A DNA stretch of 64,000 nucleotides, taken from contig JBAZSP010000001.1 of NCBI GenBank assembly GCA_041663285.1, forward strand, positions 7,454-71,453, given 5' to 3'. Source of the stretch: Candidatus Shapirobacteria bacterium. GTDB taxonomy: Bacteria > Patescibacteriota > Microgenomatia > UBA12405. Position 1 is the stretch's first letter. Each line of letters starts with the position of its first letter. This document shows positions 26,545-36,788 of this stretch, in pieces. The notes under the pieces are model-generated. The model saw nothing but the letters and a program-made list of their open reading frames with translations. It did not search any database and was not told the DNA's origin. A program made the position numbers and the translations under genes.

Positions 26545-28968
26545 ATGTTCCACCTGCCGTTGCCCCACTCTCTTAAAATTAGACTGATTACCCTTTTTTT
26601 ATTACTCGGATCTTTCTTTGCCATATTTACTGCCAAAATTATTTCATCTTATGTCAGTCGCTTTTCCCAAGCTCAACAACACCACACTCTGGCTTTGCAG
26701 GCCAATAGTCACACCCAAAAAATTAATTTTCTTTTTCTTCGCAATCAATCGCTGGCAAAAAATTTAAGCAATAATCCGATTATCCAAAGTTTCCTTACCG
26801 GCACTTTCCCCGAAGCCTCTGTCTTAAGCCAGTTTCAGGCCGTTTTTGATCCTTCGTCTAGCTCGGCTATAAGTCTTTTGGGCCCCAATAGTTTGGTGGA
26901 AGTCTTAGGAAGTTCCTTGCTGAATGACCAGGGCCGCCCCCCCACTCCTTCTTATCAAAAATTTCAAGTCGGGCAACCCGCTATCCAATTATCTGACGAT
27001 GGTTCAGTTTACTATTTTTCTCACCCCGTTACTTCGCCCGAAGCTTTGGTTATTGGCGTCATTGTTGTCACCCAGGATGCCGGCGTCCTTGCCCAAGAGC
27101 TTCCCGACCTCAAGCCCGGGGAATCAATTTCTTTGACCGACGAATTCGGTATTATTGCTTACTCTACCGAACCGTCCAGGCTTCACCACAGTCTGGGCCG
27201 GCTCACTTCCCAAGCCAAAACCCAAATTAAATCAAACAACCTCTATCCCAATATCAATATTAGCCCTCTTGGCTATGATTCCATCCAGCAACAGTTAAAA
27301 AGTATTAGTACGCCTCAAACTTTTTCAATAGCCGATCCCTCAACTCAATTACCCAATCTTCTTTCCGTCGCCAAGCTTCCCGATTTTCCTTACTACTATC
27401 TCATGGAACTGCCTGGTCATGATGGCTTATCACCGGCCGTCTCCCTCTCACTTTATCTGGGTGCAATTCTGGTTATTTCTTTCCTTGCCTTTACTCTTCT
27501 TATCATTTTTATTACCTCCAAATTTTTGCAGCCACTAGGTCAGCTCAAACAGGCGGCTTTCCGGGTTACTCAAGGTGATTTTGCCCAAGTAGTACCGGTT
27601 CAGTCTTCCGATGAGTTTGGCAAATTGGCCGAAAGTTTCAACACCATACTGTCTGTTATCCGTCAATCCCATTCTGCCACCGAGAGCCAGGTCACTCGTC
27701 AAACCCAGCAACTTTTGGAGGAGCATACCCATACCGATTCCCAGCAACGGGCAATTTTAAATATTCTCGAAGATATCGAAGACGAGAAAAACAAAACCCA
27801 GGAGTTAGCCAATCGTCTCCAAGAAAAAAGTCAGATCCTTACTGAAGAAAAATTCAAAACCGACTCTCTTCTGGAAAGTATCGGCGACGGAATTATTGCC
27901 ACTAACGAACATGGCGAAATTTCGGTTGTCAATTTAAGTGCTCAACAGCTTTTAGGCTATCCTCAATCCGAACTTCAGGGCCGTCCGGTTTATCCCACCC
28001 TCCGTCTGCTCGACAAAAACCTTAAAGAAGTCCCCAAGAATCGGCGCCCAATTATTATCGCCCTTTCATCCGGCAAAAAAATGTCAACGCCTACCAGTGA
28101 AGCCTTTTATTATCAAAAAAAAGACGGCTCACTTTTTCCCGTCGGAGTAACCGTCACCCCTTTTATGCTAAAAAATCGGACGGTTGGAGCTATTGAAGTC
28201 TTTCGGGACATTACCATCGAAAAAGAAATTGACAAAGCCAAAACCGAATTCGTTTCCTTAGCATCCCACCAGCTAAGAACGCCCCTGACCACGGTTAGTT
28301 GGTATACCGAAATGCTTTTGTCCGGGGATGCCGGTAAGCTAAGTCCCCGGCAGATAGAATTTTTAAAAGTTATTTATCAGGGTAATCGGCGGATGAACGA
28401 CCTAGTCTCCGATTTGCTAAATATTTCCCGAATAGAATTAGGGACTTTTGTGGTCGATCCCAAACCCATCAGTATTCCGGAATTAGTCAATGAGGTTTTA
28501 GCCGACCTTCGCCCCTTAATTATTGAAAGAAAAATCAGGGTACTTACTTCTTTTGGCCGCAAGCCACCTGTTATCACTGCCGACCCCGGCTTATTAAGGA
28601 TGATAGTTCAAAACCTAATCTCAAACGCTGTCAAATACAGTAAAAACCGACACCAGATAAAGCTATCCGCCGAAGTAGGCAAAACTAATTTCCTGATAAC
28701 CGTTTCCGATCAGGGAGTCGGCATCCCCGTCTCTCAACAGTCCCTTATATTTTCCAAAATGTTTAGGGCAAATAACGCCCGACAAAAAAACATTGAAGGC
28801 AATGGTTTAGGCCTTTATATCGTTAAATCCATTGTTGACTATTCCGGTGGGAAAATTTGGTTTGAGTCAATCGAAAACAAAGGCACTACTTTTTACGTCA
28901 CCTTACCCCGTCGCGGCATGCCCGGCAAAATAGGCACCAAGGCCTTAACCGGTAGTCTGGTCCTGTAA
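26545..28968 (+). CDS. Sensor histidine kinase (Cache/HAMP/PAS)
   Basis: Two TM, HAMP (DEFGKLA), PAS, ASHQLRTPL, NAVKY, DQGVG, GNGLGL. Confidence 0.95.
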   Translation: MFHLPLPHSLKIRLITLFLLLGSFFAIFTAKIISSYVSRFSQAQQHHTLALQANSHTQKINFLFLRNQSLAKNLSNNPIIQSFLTGTFPEASVLSQFQAVFDPSSSSAISLLGPNSLVEVLGSSLLNDQGRPPTPSYQKFQVGQPAIQLSDDGSVYYFSHPVTSPEALVIGVIVVTQDAGVLAQELPDLKPGESISLTDEFGIIAYSTEPSRLHHSLGRLTSQAKTQIKSNNLYPNINISPLGYDSIQQQLKSISTPQTFSIADPSTQLPNLLSVAKLPDFPYYYLMELPGHDGLSPAVSLSLYLGAILVISFLAFTLLIIFITSKFLQPLGQLKQAAFRVTQGDFAQVVPVQSSDEFGKLAESFNTILSVIRQSHSATESQVTRQTQQLLEEHTHTDSQQRAILNILEDIEDEKNKTQELANRLQEKSQILTEEKFKTDSLLESIGDGIIATNEHGEISVVNLSAQQLLGYPQSELQGRPVYPTLRLLDKNLKEVPKNRRPIIIALSSGKKMSTPTSEAFYYQKKDGSLFPVGVTVTPFMLKNRTVGAIEVFRDITIEKEIDKAKTEFVSLASHQLRTPLTTVSWYTEMLLSGDAGKLSPRQIEFLKVIYQGNRRMNDLVSDLLNISRIELGTFVVDPKPISIPELVNEVLADLRPLIIERKIRVLTSFGRKPPVITADPGLLRMIVQNLISNAVKYSKNRHQIKLSAEVGKTNFLITVSDQGVGIPVSQQSLIFSKMFRANNARQKNIEGNGLGLYIVKSIVDYSGGKIWFESIENKGTTFYVTLPRRGMPGKIGTKALTGSLVL

Positions 28969-29058
28969 AATTTCTTCTATCTCAAAATTTCCGGCCGGAC
29001 TACTTTTGATAGCAAATTTTGGTCTTTCTGCTTGCCCGGAGTATAATAGATATGTACC

Positions 29059-29436
29059 ATGGCACAAAAAATTCTGATAATCGAAGACGAGCCCGCCGTT
29101 CAGACTGCCCTAAAAAATAAATTATCCCGAAACGGATTTGCTGTCATCACCGCTGCCAATGGTCAAACTGGCCTAACCAAAGTCGCCCAACACTCTCCCG
29201 ATCTGATCCTTCTGGACATTATTATGCCGGTCATGGACGGTATCACCTTTTTGACCAAATTACGAAGTCTGCCTCTTGGGCGCACCATTCCGGTAATTGT
29301 TTTAACCAATCTTTCCGATACTCAAAAATTTCAAGCCGGTATTGATTTAAATGTCTCCGGATACCTGATAAAATCTGATTGGAAACTTGACGACCTGGTT
29401 ATCAAAATCGAAAAAGTTTTCGCTGCCAAAAAATGA
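29059..29436 (+). CDS. Single-domain response regulator
   Basis: IIEDE, LLDIIMP, VLTN, YLIK. Confidence 0.93.
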   Translation: MAQKILIIEDEPAVQTALKNKLSRNGFAVITAANGQTGLTKVAQHSPDLILLDIIMPVMDGITFLTKLRSLPLGRTIPVIVLTNLSDTQKFQAGIDLNVSGYLIKSDWKLDDLVIKIEKVFAAKK

Positions 29437-29804
29437 AAACGGTTCTCATCGCCGAAGACGATAAATTTCTATCCAGCGCTTACCGCCTGAAACTTGAAAA
29501 AGCCGGCCTAAATACTTTAATGGCCGAAGATGGCCAGCAGGCTCTCGACCTGCTCCAAAAGCATCGGCCTGACCTTATTCTTCTTGACTTGATCATGCCG
29601 GTCAAAGATGGCTTCCAGGTACTTGAGGCCATCAGTCAAAAGTCATCCCTAAAAGACATTCCCGTCATTGTCGCTTCCAATCTTGGCCAGAAAGAAGATA
29701 TCGATAAAAGTCTAAGTTTCGGTGCCAAAGAATTTGTCATCAAAAGCGATTTGTCTCTTGATTCTTTGGTAGCCAAAATAAAAAGCCTTCTCAAGCTAAG
29801 CTGA
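29433..29804 (+). CDS. Single-domain response regulator
   Basis: IAEDD, LLDLIMP, ASN, FVIK. Confidence 0.93.
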   Translation: MKTVLIAEDDKFLSSAYRLKLEKAGLNTLMAEDGQQALDLLQKHRPDLILLDLIMPVKDGFQVLEAISQKSSLKDIPVIVASNLGQKEDIDKSLSFGAKEFVIKSDLSLDSLVAKIKSLLKLS

Positions 29805-29821
29805 TATGTTACTATCATGTA

Positions 29822-31504
29822 ATGTTTGTCGTTCGTAATCATGATCTCTATCGTCGCCTCAAAGAGCTGGAAGTTATTCCCGCTGCCAAGCTTGAAGAAT
29901 CCTTCCAAATGGCCGAAAGCGATAATCGTTTTTTAGGCGATATTTTATATGAACGTGATCTTATCTCCGACGAAAATTTAGGTAAATTACTTTCCGACTT
30001 AACTGGTGTCCCTCTGGTCCGCTTATCGGAAAACCAGATCCCCAAAGATATCCTGACTTTAATTCCCCAAGTCTATGCCAAAAAACAACTGGTTATCGCT
30101 TTTGCCAAAGATAAATCCGGCCTCCACCTCGCCCTGGTCAATCCCAAAGATACCCAGATACCGGAATTTATCGAGAAGAAAACCGGCATCCCCGTCATTG
30201 TCCACCTGGCCACCGTTAAGGATCTCAAAGATGCCATAAATCTATATTCTCAAGACGTCGGCCAGGCGTTTGAAGATATCATTAACGATCATATTTCCCA
30301 AGCCAAAAACCGGACCGCCACCGATCCGCCGATTATCAAAATTGTCGACACCATTTTAAATTACGCCTATCAGAACAAATCATCCGATATTCATATCGAG
30401 CCGCAAAACGACACTTCTTTGGTCCGTTTTCGGATTGACGGTATCCTCCACGATATCGTTACTCTTCCCCGGGATGTCCACCAAAATATCGTTACCCGCA
30501 TAAAAGTCTTGGCCAATTTGCGGACAGATGAGCATCAGGCTGCCCAGGACGGTAAATTCCAGTTTCCCACCGAAGACGAAAATCTCGATCTTAGGGTGTC
30601 TATCGTCCCGCTTACCGATGGTGAAAAAATTGTTATGAGATTACTGTCGGAAAAATCACGCCAATTTTCCCTAGCCTCGCTTGGTTTTTCTGCCTCTGAC
30701 TTGGAAAAAGTCACCGCTGCTTACCAAAAGCCCTATGGCATGCTTTTGTCTACTGGCCCCACTGGCTCCGGCAAAACCACTTCCATGTATTCGGTCTTAA
30801 AACTTCTAAACCATCGCGAAGTCAATATTATGACCATCGAAGATCCGGTTGAATACGAGATGGAAGGGGTAAACCAAATTCAGGTAAATTCCAAGACCAA
30901 TCTGACTTTTGCTAAGGGTTTGCGCTCAATCGTCCGCCAGGATCCCGATATTATTTTAGTCGGGGAAATCCGCGATGAAGAAACCGCCGAAATCGCCACT
31001 AATTCAGCCATGACCGGCCACCTGGTCTTATCCACTCTTCATACTAACGATGCCGCCACTGCCATCCCCCGCCTTTCCGACATGGGGGTCGAGCCCTTTT
31101 TAATTGCCTCGTCCGTCAACTGCATTATCGCCCAAAGGCTGGTACGAAAAATTTGCACCAAATGCCGTATCTCCGACAATATTACCTTGGATAAATTAAA
31201 AAAATATGGCTGGAGCCTTTCCGCCATCAAAAAACATTTTGGGCCAAAAGGCCCCTACCGAATTTATTCCGGTAAAGGCTGTCCGGTATGTCATCATACC
31301 GGCTATACCGGCCGGGTCGGTATCTTTGAAGTTTTAGTTATCTCCGAGCCGGTCCGCAACACAATTATTGCTTCCGCCACTGCGTCAACCCTTCAGGAAG
31401 TAGCCATTAAAAACGGTATGACCACTATGCTTGAGGACGGTCTGGCCAAAATCAAGCAGGGGATAACCACTGTCGAAGAAATCCTCCGGGCTACCAAAAG
31501 CTAA
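29822..31504 (+). CDS. pilB: Type IV pilus assembly ATPase (PilB/GspE)
   Basis: SDIHIEP, GPTGSGKT, EDPVE, RQDPD, GEIRD, TLHTND, two CxxC pairs. Confidence 0.95.
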   Translation: MFVVRNHDLYRRLKELEVIPAAKLEESFQMAESDNRFLGDILYERDLISDENLGKLLSDLTGVPLVRLSENQIPKDILTLIPQVYAKKQLVIAFAKDKSGLHLALVNPKDTQIPEFIEKKTGIPVIVHLATVKDLKDAINLYSQDVGQAFEDIINDHISQAKNRTATDPPIIKIVDTILNYAYQNKSSDIHIEPQNDTSLVRFRIDGILHDIVTLPRDVHQNIVTRIKVLANLRTDEHQAAQDGKFQFPTEDENLDLRVSIVPLTDGEKIVMRLLSEKSRQFSLASLGFSASDLEKVTAAYQKPYGMLLSTGPTGSGKTTSMYSVLKLLNHREVNIMTIEDPVEYEMEGVNQIQVNSKTNLTFAKGLRSIVRQDPDIILVGEIRDEETAEIATNSAMTGHLVLSTLHTNDAATAIPRLSDMGVEPFLIASSVNCIIAQRLVRKICTKCRISDNITLDKLKKYGWSLSAIKKHFGPKGPYRIYSGKGCPVCHHTGYTGRVGIFEVLVISEPVRNTIIASATASTLQEVAIKNGMTTMLEDGLAKIKQGITTVEEILRATKS

Positions 31505-31586
31505 AAGGTGATTTTTGTCCGGTAATCCTTTATCCTTAAGTCATTAAAGGCGGAGTTAATCCGGAATGGAACATTCCCCATAATCT

Positions 31587-32639
31587 ATGTTTGATCACCT
31601 TACCTACCTCGACAAAGTCTTGTTTACCAAACACCTTTCTGTTTTGATCCGCGCCGGGATTCCCTTGGTAACTTCCCTAACTACTCTGGAAGCCCAAGCC
31701 AAAAATCCCTTACTAAAATCTATTATCATTCACCTTGGCGAAGAAGTAAAAAACGGCCAATCTCTGGCCCGATCCTTAAGCCGTTACCCTCATATTTTTG
31801 ATAATTTCTATCTTGGGCTTATCGAAGTTGGCGAATCGAGCGGCTCCCTGGAGGAAAATCTGGAATTTCTGGCTAAACAAATGGCCAAAGATTATAACCT
31901 CCGCAACAAAATCCGCGGAGCCCTGCTCTACCCGGGCATTGTTTTTCTGGCTACATTTATTATGGGGGGCTTTATTTCTCTCTTTATTCTCCCCAAGCTG
32001 GTTGACTTTTTTACCGCCTTCGAAACCAATCTCCCTCTGGCCACCATCATTCTTTTATCTATCGCCAATTTTATGAAAAATTATGGTTTTCTATTTTTTG
32101 GCTCCCTAATTACTCTTTTTATTTTCACCAGCCTGGCCATAAATTTACCGGCCATTAAACCCTATTATCACCAGTTCTTGCTCCGACTCCCGATGATTGG
32201 GAATCTTATCGCTTATTCCCAGCTTTCCCGTTTTGCCCGTAATCTTGGCACATTAATCAAAAGCGGTGTCCCTCTGTCGCAAAGCCTTACCGTTACTTCC
32301 GGTACCCTTTCTAACTTATCTTTTATTTCCGCCGTTCAGGCCATGAACCAGCATTTAACCAAAGGTAAAAATTTGGCCGACACTCTTTCTCAATCCCGTC
32401 TTCAGGTTTTTCCACCCCTGGCTCGGGAAATGATTTCCGTCGGCGAAAAGACTGGAAAAATAGACGAGACCTTATTGTATCTTGGTGATTTCTACGAGGA
32501 AGAAATCGACGATATTTCCAAAAACCTTAGCACTACTCTCGAACCGATACTGTTAATTGTTATCGGGCTGGTCGTCGGGTTTGTAGCTTTGGCTATCATT
32601 AGCCCGATTTACGAACTGACTGGTTCCATTCGGCGCTAA
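31587..32639 (+). CDS. pilC: Type IV pilus platform protein (PilC/GspF)
   Basis: Two T2SSF repeats (GESSG.L; GEKTG), ALLYP, LEP. Confidence 0.95.
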   Translation: MFDHLTYLDKVLFTKHLSVLIRAGIPLVTSLTTLEAQAKNPLLKSIIIHLGEEVKNGQSLARSLSRYPHIFDNFYLGLIEVGESSGSLEENLEFLAKQMAKDYNLRNKIRGALLYPGIVFLATFIMGGFISLFILPKLVDFFTAFETNLPLATIILLSIANFMKNYGFLFFGSLITLFIFTSLAINLPAIKPYYHQFLLRLPMIGNLIAYSQLSRFARNLGTLIKSGVPLSQSLTVTSGTLSNLSFISAVQAMNQHLTKGKNLADTLSQSRLQVFPPLAREMISVGEKTGKIDETLLYLGDFYEEEIDDISKNLSTTLEPILLIVIGLVVGFVALAIISPIYELTGSIRR

Positions 32640-33073
32640 TGCCTCACTCCCGCCATTCCGGTTTTACCTACCTGGAAACCCTTTTGGTAGTGACGATTGT
32701 TGCCGTGATTGCCGGCTCGTCCGCCTCTTTTTTTTCTAATTCCATTCAGTCTAATAATTTAAAAAATTCCGTCGATATGATTATTACTACTTTCCGCAAA
32801 GCCCAATTTTATTCAATTTCCGGAAAACGCAATTCTTCTTGGGGTTGCTGCCTGATAGGTAACTCCATCCGCCTTTTCATCGGTTCCTGTGCCTCCCCCG
32901 ACTTTTCCGAAGATTTCACCCTCCCTGCAAATATTTCCGTTTCTGCTTTTACTCCGGTTACTTTTTCTTTGGGTCGGGGCGAGCCGTCATCGTCCGTTTC
33001 GATTACTGTTAGTAGCTCTACCGAAAGTCAGACCCTAAACCTAAATTCTATCGGAGGTCTGGCCATTAATTAA
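32639..33073 (+). CDS. Minor pilin (FimT/GspH-like)
   Basis: Class III signal G|FTYLE. Confidence 0.85.
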   Translation: MPHSRHSGFTYLETLLVVTIVAVIAGSSASFFSNSIQSNNLKNSVDMIITTFRKAQFYSISGKRNSSWGCCLIGNSIRLFIGSCASPDFSEDFTLPANISVSAFTPVTFSLGRGEPSSSVSITVSSSTESQTLNLNSIGGLAIN

Positions 33074-34854
33074 TGATGATCACAAACTATTCCCGCCCCA
33101 CCGGTTTCGGTCTGGTCGAAACCATCGTCGCTATGGCTATCTTTATTACCTTTGCCGCCTCCGGTATTTTTGGAGTCTTGGGGTCGTTTAGTCTTAATCG
33201 GCTGGGCAACGAAAATACCCAAGCCACCCTTTTGGCCCAGGAGGGGGTTGATGCCGTCAGGTCAATAAAAAAACAGTCCTGGTCGCATCTTACTGCCGGT
33301 TCCTACGGCCTGTCCTCGGTCGGTGGCACCTGGTCGTTTACATCTCCTCCGGATACTATCGGCAAATACACCCGCCTAATCGATTTATCGGTGGCTTCGC
33401 GCGATTCAGGCGGTAGCCTGGTAGCTATCGGTGGAGCAGCTGACCCCGACACTTTTTTAGTTAGCTCCAAAGTGCTTTGGGATTTTAGTCCCACCCGAAA
33501 TAATTCCGTCGGTACCACCCTATATATAACCAACTGGGAAAAGCCCATCCTCACCTCCGGTGTCGGCGGGATGCTGGTCTATGCCGACAGTCAAGTTACC
33601 CCGGATGGTTGTCTTTACCGGCTGCTGGACGCCTCCGGTAATTGGGGTATCGCCTCTACCGTTGCCGACATAGATCCTAGTACCTCTGACCGGGTTTTGT
33701 ATGTCGCCCGATTATATCCATCGGCTACCCGAAATGAAAAAATATTACTTTCCCGGCACTTTAACGGTACCTCTCAATATATTTATGCCCAGGTTTTTGA
33801 TGGTGTTACTTGGTCCGATGTAACCTTGCTGACCAGTTGGGCAGCCACCACCTATACTGACACTCAAAAATTTGACGGCACCTATCTTAGTAACGGCGAT
33901 TTTGTGGTTTTATACACCGACAACACCACTACCCCCAAAATGCGCGTCTGGAACGGATCAGCCTGGGGTTCGGCTATTTCCACCCGGGTTGTTGGTGGTG
34001 TCCCAAATTTCATTATCACCAAAGCCCGTCCCGGTACCAACGAAATCATGGCGGCCTTTTTCGATCAATCATCCGACACCAATACCCAGTATTTTAACGG
34101 CGGTGCCTACCAAACCTCAAATTGGACACTTCATACCGAGCACGCTTCAGCCGCCCCTTCAGCCGCCAAGTGGTTAGTCGATTTTGCCTGGAGTCCATTC
34201 ACCCCTACTCAAGGTTTACTTATTTACTCCACCTCCACTAGCGACAAGACCATTACCTCCAAAGTCTGGACAGCCAACGGTTCCGGCAGCGGTTCTTGGG
34301 GGACAGTGGCCGACTCTGCTGCTACCGCTGGCAACTTAGGTGCCATGAATGTCGAGAGCCGTTCTGCCGCCGCTGATTTCTTAAGTTGTCAAAAAAATGC
34401 CAACAGTGACTTGTATTGTTACAAGTTTGGCCTGGCCGACTCCTGGTCAACTCCCGCCAACAATCTCTTAACAGCCACTAACTACAGCGGTAACCCCCGG
34501 AGTTTCCACCTGGGCTTTGAAAAAGACGGCGCCCTGGGTTTGGTGGTTTATTCCGACAATACCTCAACCCCAAAATACCGGAAGTACGACCCCGTCCCAA
34601 ATTCCTTCGATGTTTCCGCTTCCGGCCTTGCTTCAACTACTAACATAATTTCTACCGTTCGCCAAGTATCCCACCCCGCCACTAACGATATCATGGTCCT
34701 GTTTGCCAACACTGCCCTCGATGTTTACACTGCAGTTTGGGACGGTACCGGTGATGTTTTTTACACCAGTACGGGTAAGGCTCAAACCCAGCAGGGGATT
34801 AGCGGTTCCAGCGCTTTAAGCTTTTGGTACGATTTTACCTATGATGCCAACTAA
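33073..34854 (+). CDS. Large minor pilin with beta-rich C-terminal domain
   Basis: G|FGLVE, LAQEG..AVR, then ~430 aa with repeated W.G..W motifs. Confidence 0.85.
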   Translation: MMITNYSRPTGFGLVETIVAMAIFITFAASGIFGVLGSFSLNRLGNENTQATLLAQEGVDAVRSIKKQSWSHLTAGSYGLSSVGGTWSFTSPPDTIGKYTRLIDLSVASRDSGGSLVAIGGAADPDTFLVSSKVLWDFSPTRNNSVGTTLYITNWEKPILTSGVGGMLVYADSQVTPDGCLYRLLDASGNWGIASTVADIDPSTSDRVLYVARLYPSATRNEKILLSRHFNGTSQYIYAQVFDGVTWSDVTLLTSWAATTYTDTQKFDGTYLSNGDFVVLYTDNTTTPKMRVWNGSAWGSAISTRVVGGVPNFIITKARPGTNEIMAAFFDQSSDTNTQYFNGGAYQTSNWTLHTEHASAAPSAAKWLVDFAWSPFTPTQGLLIYSTSTSDKTITSKVWTANGSGSGSWGTVADSAATAGNLGAMNVESRSAAADFLSCQKNANSDLYCYKFGLADSWSTPANNLLTATNYSGNPRSFHLGFEKDGALGLVVYSDNTSTPKYRKYDPVPNSFDVSASGLASTTNIISTVRQVSHPATNDIMVLFANTALDVYTAVWDGTGDVFYTSTGKAQTQQGISGSSALSFWYDFTYDAN

Positions 34855-35368
34855 ACGTCTTACAGCTGGTTTCACTCTGATTGAGATGATTTTATATATC
34901 GGGATTGTAACCATCTTCTTAACTGCCGCCATTCAGTTTGGTTGGAACATAATCTACATTAGGGTTAAGTCAACCAATCAACAGGAATTAAACCAAAACC
35001 TCCGCTTGGTGGCCGAAAAACTACTTTACGAAATCCGAAATGCCCAATCAATCAATACCCTAACCTCTACCTCACTTACTCTTAATTCAGTCGATCCGCA
35101 GCGCCATCCTACCAAAATTGATTTGACTAACGGCTCTGTTCGTTTTGGTTATGGCCCATCCGGTTCGTGTTCTTTTTCCGCCCCCTGTAACCTGACTGGT
35201 AATTTAGTCCGGATTACTAATTTAACCTTTAGCGATTTATCCAGTAATGACGGTAAGTCAGTAAATATTAGCTTTTCCCTAACCGGTGAAGTTATCAATC
35301 CTTCCGGCCGCCAGGAATACGTTTACTCACAAACTCATACCGGCTCTGCCGAATTAAGGCTAAAATAA
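34841..35368 (+). CDS. Minor pilin (PilW/GspJ-like)
   Basis: G|FTLIE, EIRNA. Confidence 0.87.
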   Translation: MMPTKRLTAGFTLIEMILYIGIVTIFLTAAIQFGWNIIYIRVKSTNQQELNQNLRLVAEKLLYEIRNAQSINTLTSTSLTLNSVDPQRHPTKIDLTNGSVRFGYGPSGSCSFSAPCNLTGNLVRITNLTFSDLSSNDGKSVNISFSLTGEVINPSGRQEYVYSQTHTGSAELRLK

Positions 35369-35372
35369 TACT

Positions 35373-35744
35373 ATGGCTCAACCTGGCTATATCGCCCTCT
35401 CCAGTATTCTGATGATTTCCGTTATTATAGTTCTTATTTCAATTACCCAAGCTTTGACCTCCGTTAACGAAAGTCAGTTTTCCCTGGTTCACACTCAAAG
35501 CGACCGGGCCCTAAATATGGCTGAATCCTGTGTTGAAGATGTCCTTATTAAGCTCAACAAAGACAACGCTATTCCGCCAACCATTTATCTTCCTTCCGGC
35601 ATCTGTGCCGTCAACCCCATTGTTAATACCGGTACCGGTTGGACTTTTACTGTTACCGCCACCCAAGCTTCCATAACCAAATCCTTGACAGTTCAGGCCA
35701 CCCGCAACTCCGCTGTTACTCTCACCGGCTGGCAGGAAAATTAA
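35373..35744 (+). CDS. Minor pilin (PilX-like)
   Basis: G|YIAL without Glu5, A...AESC, terminal WQE. Confidence 0.8.
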   Translation: MAQPGYIALSSILMISVIIVLISITQALTSVNESQFSLVHTQSDRALNMAESCVEDVLIKLNKDNAIPPTIYLPSGICAVNPIVNTGTGWTFTVTATQASITKSLTVQATRNSAVTLTGWQEN

Positions 35745-35769
35745 ATGATTTTACCTTACAATTATATCA

Positions 35770-36774
35770 ATGCTTGAAAGATTCTATTTTGTTATTCACC
35801 TAAGCCGAAGCCGGGTTAAACTTTACCAGGTATCAATTGGTAAGTCCTTATCCTGCGTGCTGCAGGTCGACCAGGCCTACAATCCGCCTGCCCTGGAGGA
35901 AGTTTTTTCGGCCAAGAATCTCAAAACCAAAATCGTCCGGGTTTTATTTTCTGACGATTTAAGCTATGTTGTCAAAATTACCATCCCCAAGGCCATAGCT
36001 GTCACCCGTGACTATATTGGTGGCTTGCTTAAAGAACAGATCCCCGAAGTTTTATCCGATACTGATTGGGACTATAAACAAATATCCACCGCCGGTGACT
36101 CTAAGGTAGTTATGGCTTTTGCTCCGGTCAAAGAATTCAAAGATAAAGTTAACACTCTTTCGTCAAAACTATCCCTGACTATCGAAGCTATTGAGCCGGA
36201 ATCGGTGGCCATCACCCGCCATCCCGATCCGGTTATTGGCCTAGCCCTCAAAAACGATCTTTCCGGCTCCGACGATCAGACACTAAATTTAGCCATTAAT
36301 CGTTCTGTCAAAAGATCCCTGCCCCCGTCTTTAATTTTTGTCCCCCTTCTTATCATTTTTCTTTTTGCAAATTTTATGGTTTATCGTTATTTTAAAAATA
36401 TTACCGATACTTCCAGCCTCAATCCAAAATCTGTCCAGCCTACAAGCGTTACCAATCCTACCCCCCTTCCCCCCAGCCCTACAGTCAGGCCGTTCAACCG
36501 CTCCCTGATTTCAATAAAAATTCTTAATGGTTCCGGTATTCCCGGTGCTGCCGGCAAAGTTTCCCCCAAAATTCAGGCTCTCGGTTATGCCGACGTTACG
36601 ACGGGCAATGCCGACAATTCTGACTACCCGATTACCAAGATCACCATCAAGTCCGATGAGTTTTTGGCCGACTATTATCAGGATCTTAAAACCCTCTTTT
36701 CCATTAACTCTGAATCGTTTTTAGTTGACAATACTCAGGATCCGGATGTTATAGTTATCTTAGGAAAAAATTAG
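35770..36774 (+). CDS. PilM/GspL-like N-terminus fused to TM and LytR_C domain
   Basis: EQIP..WDY..IEPES pattern, TM, Pro/Thr linker, ILNGSGIPGAAG...GNAD...DVIVILG. Confidence 0.7.
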   Translation: MLERFYFVIHLSRSRVKLYQVSIGKSLSCVLQVDQAYNPPALEEVFSAKNLKTKIVRVLFSDDLSYVVKITIPKAIAVTRDYIGGLLKEQIPEVLSDTDWDYKQISTAGDSKVVMAFAPVKEFKDKVNTLSSKLSLTIEAIEPESVAITRHPDPVIGLALKNDLSGSDDQTLNLAINRSVKRSLPPSLIFVPLLIIFLFANFMVYRYFKNITDTSSLNPKSVQPTSVTNPTPLPPSPTVRPFNRSLISIKILNGSGIPGAAGKVSPKIQALGYADVTTGNADNSDYPITKITIKSDEFLADYYQDLKTLFSINSESFLVDNTQDPDVIVILGKN

Positions 36775-36788
36775 AATTTATAAACCAT

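Noticed and set aside
31505-31586. Frameshifted N-terminus of pilC
   Set aside because: An in-frame stop lies just before the ATG and the other frames show no pilC-like sequence; both T2SSF repeats are intact.
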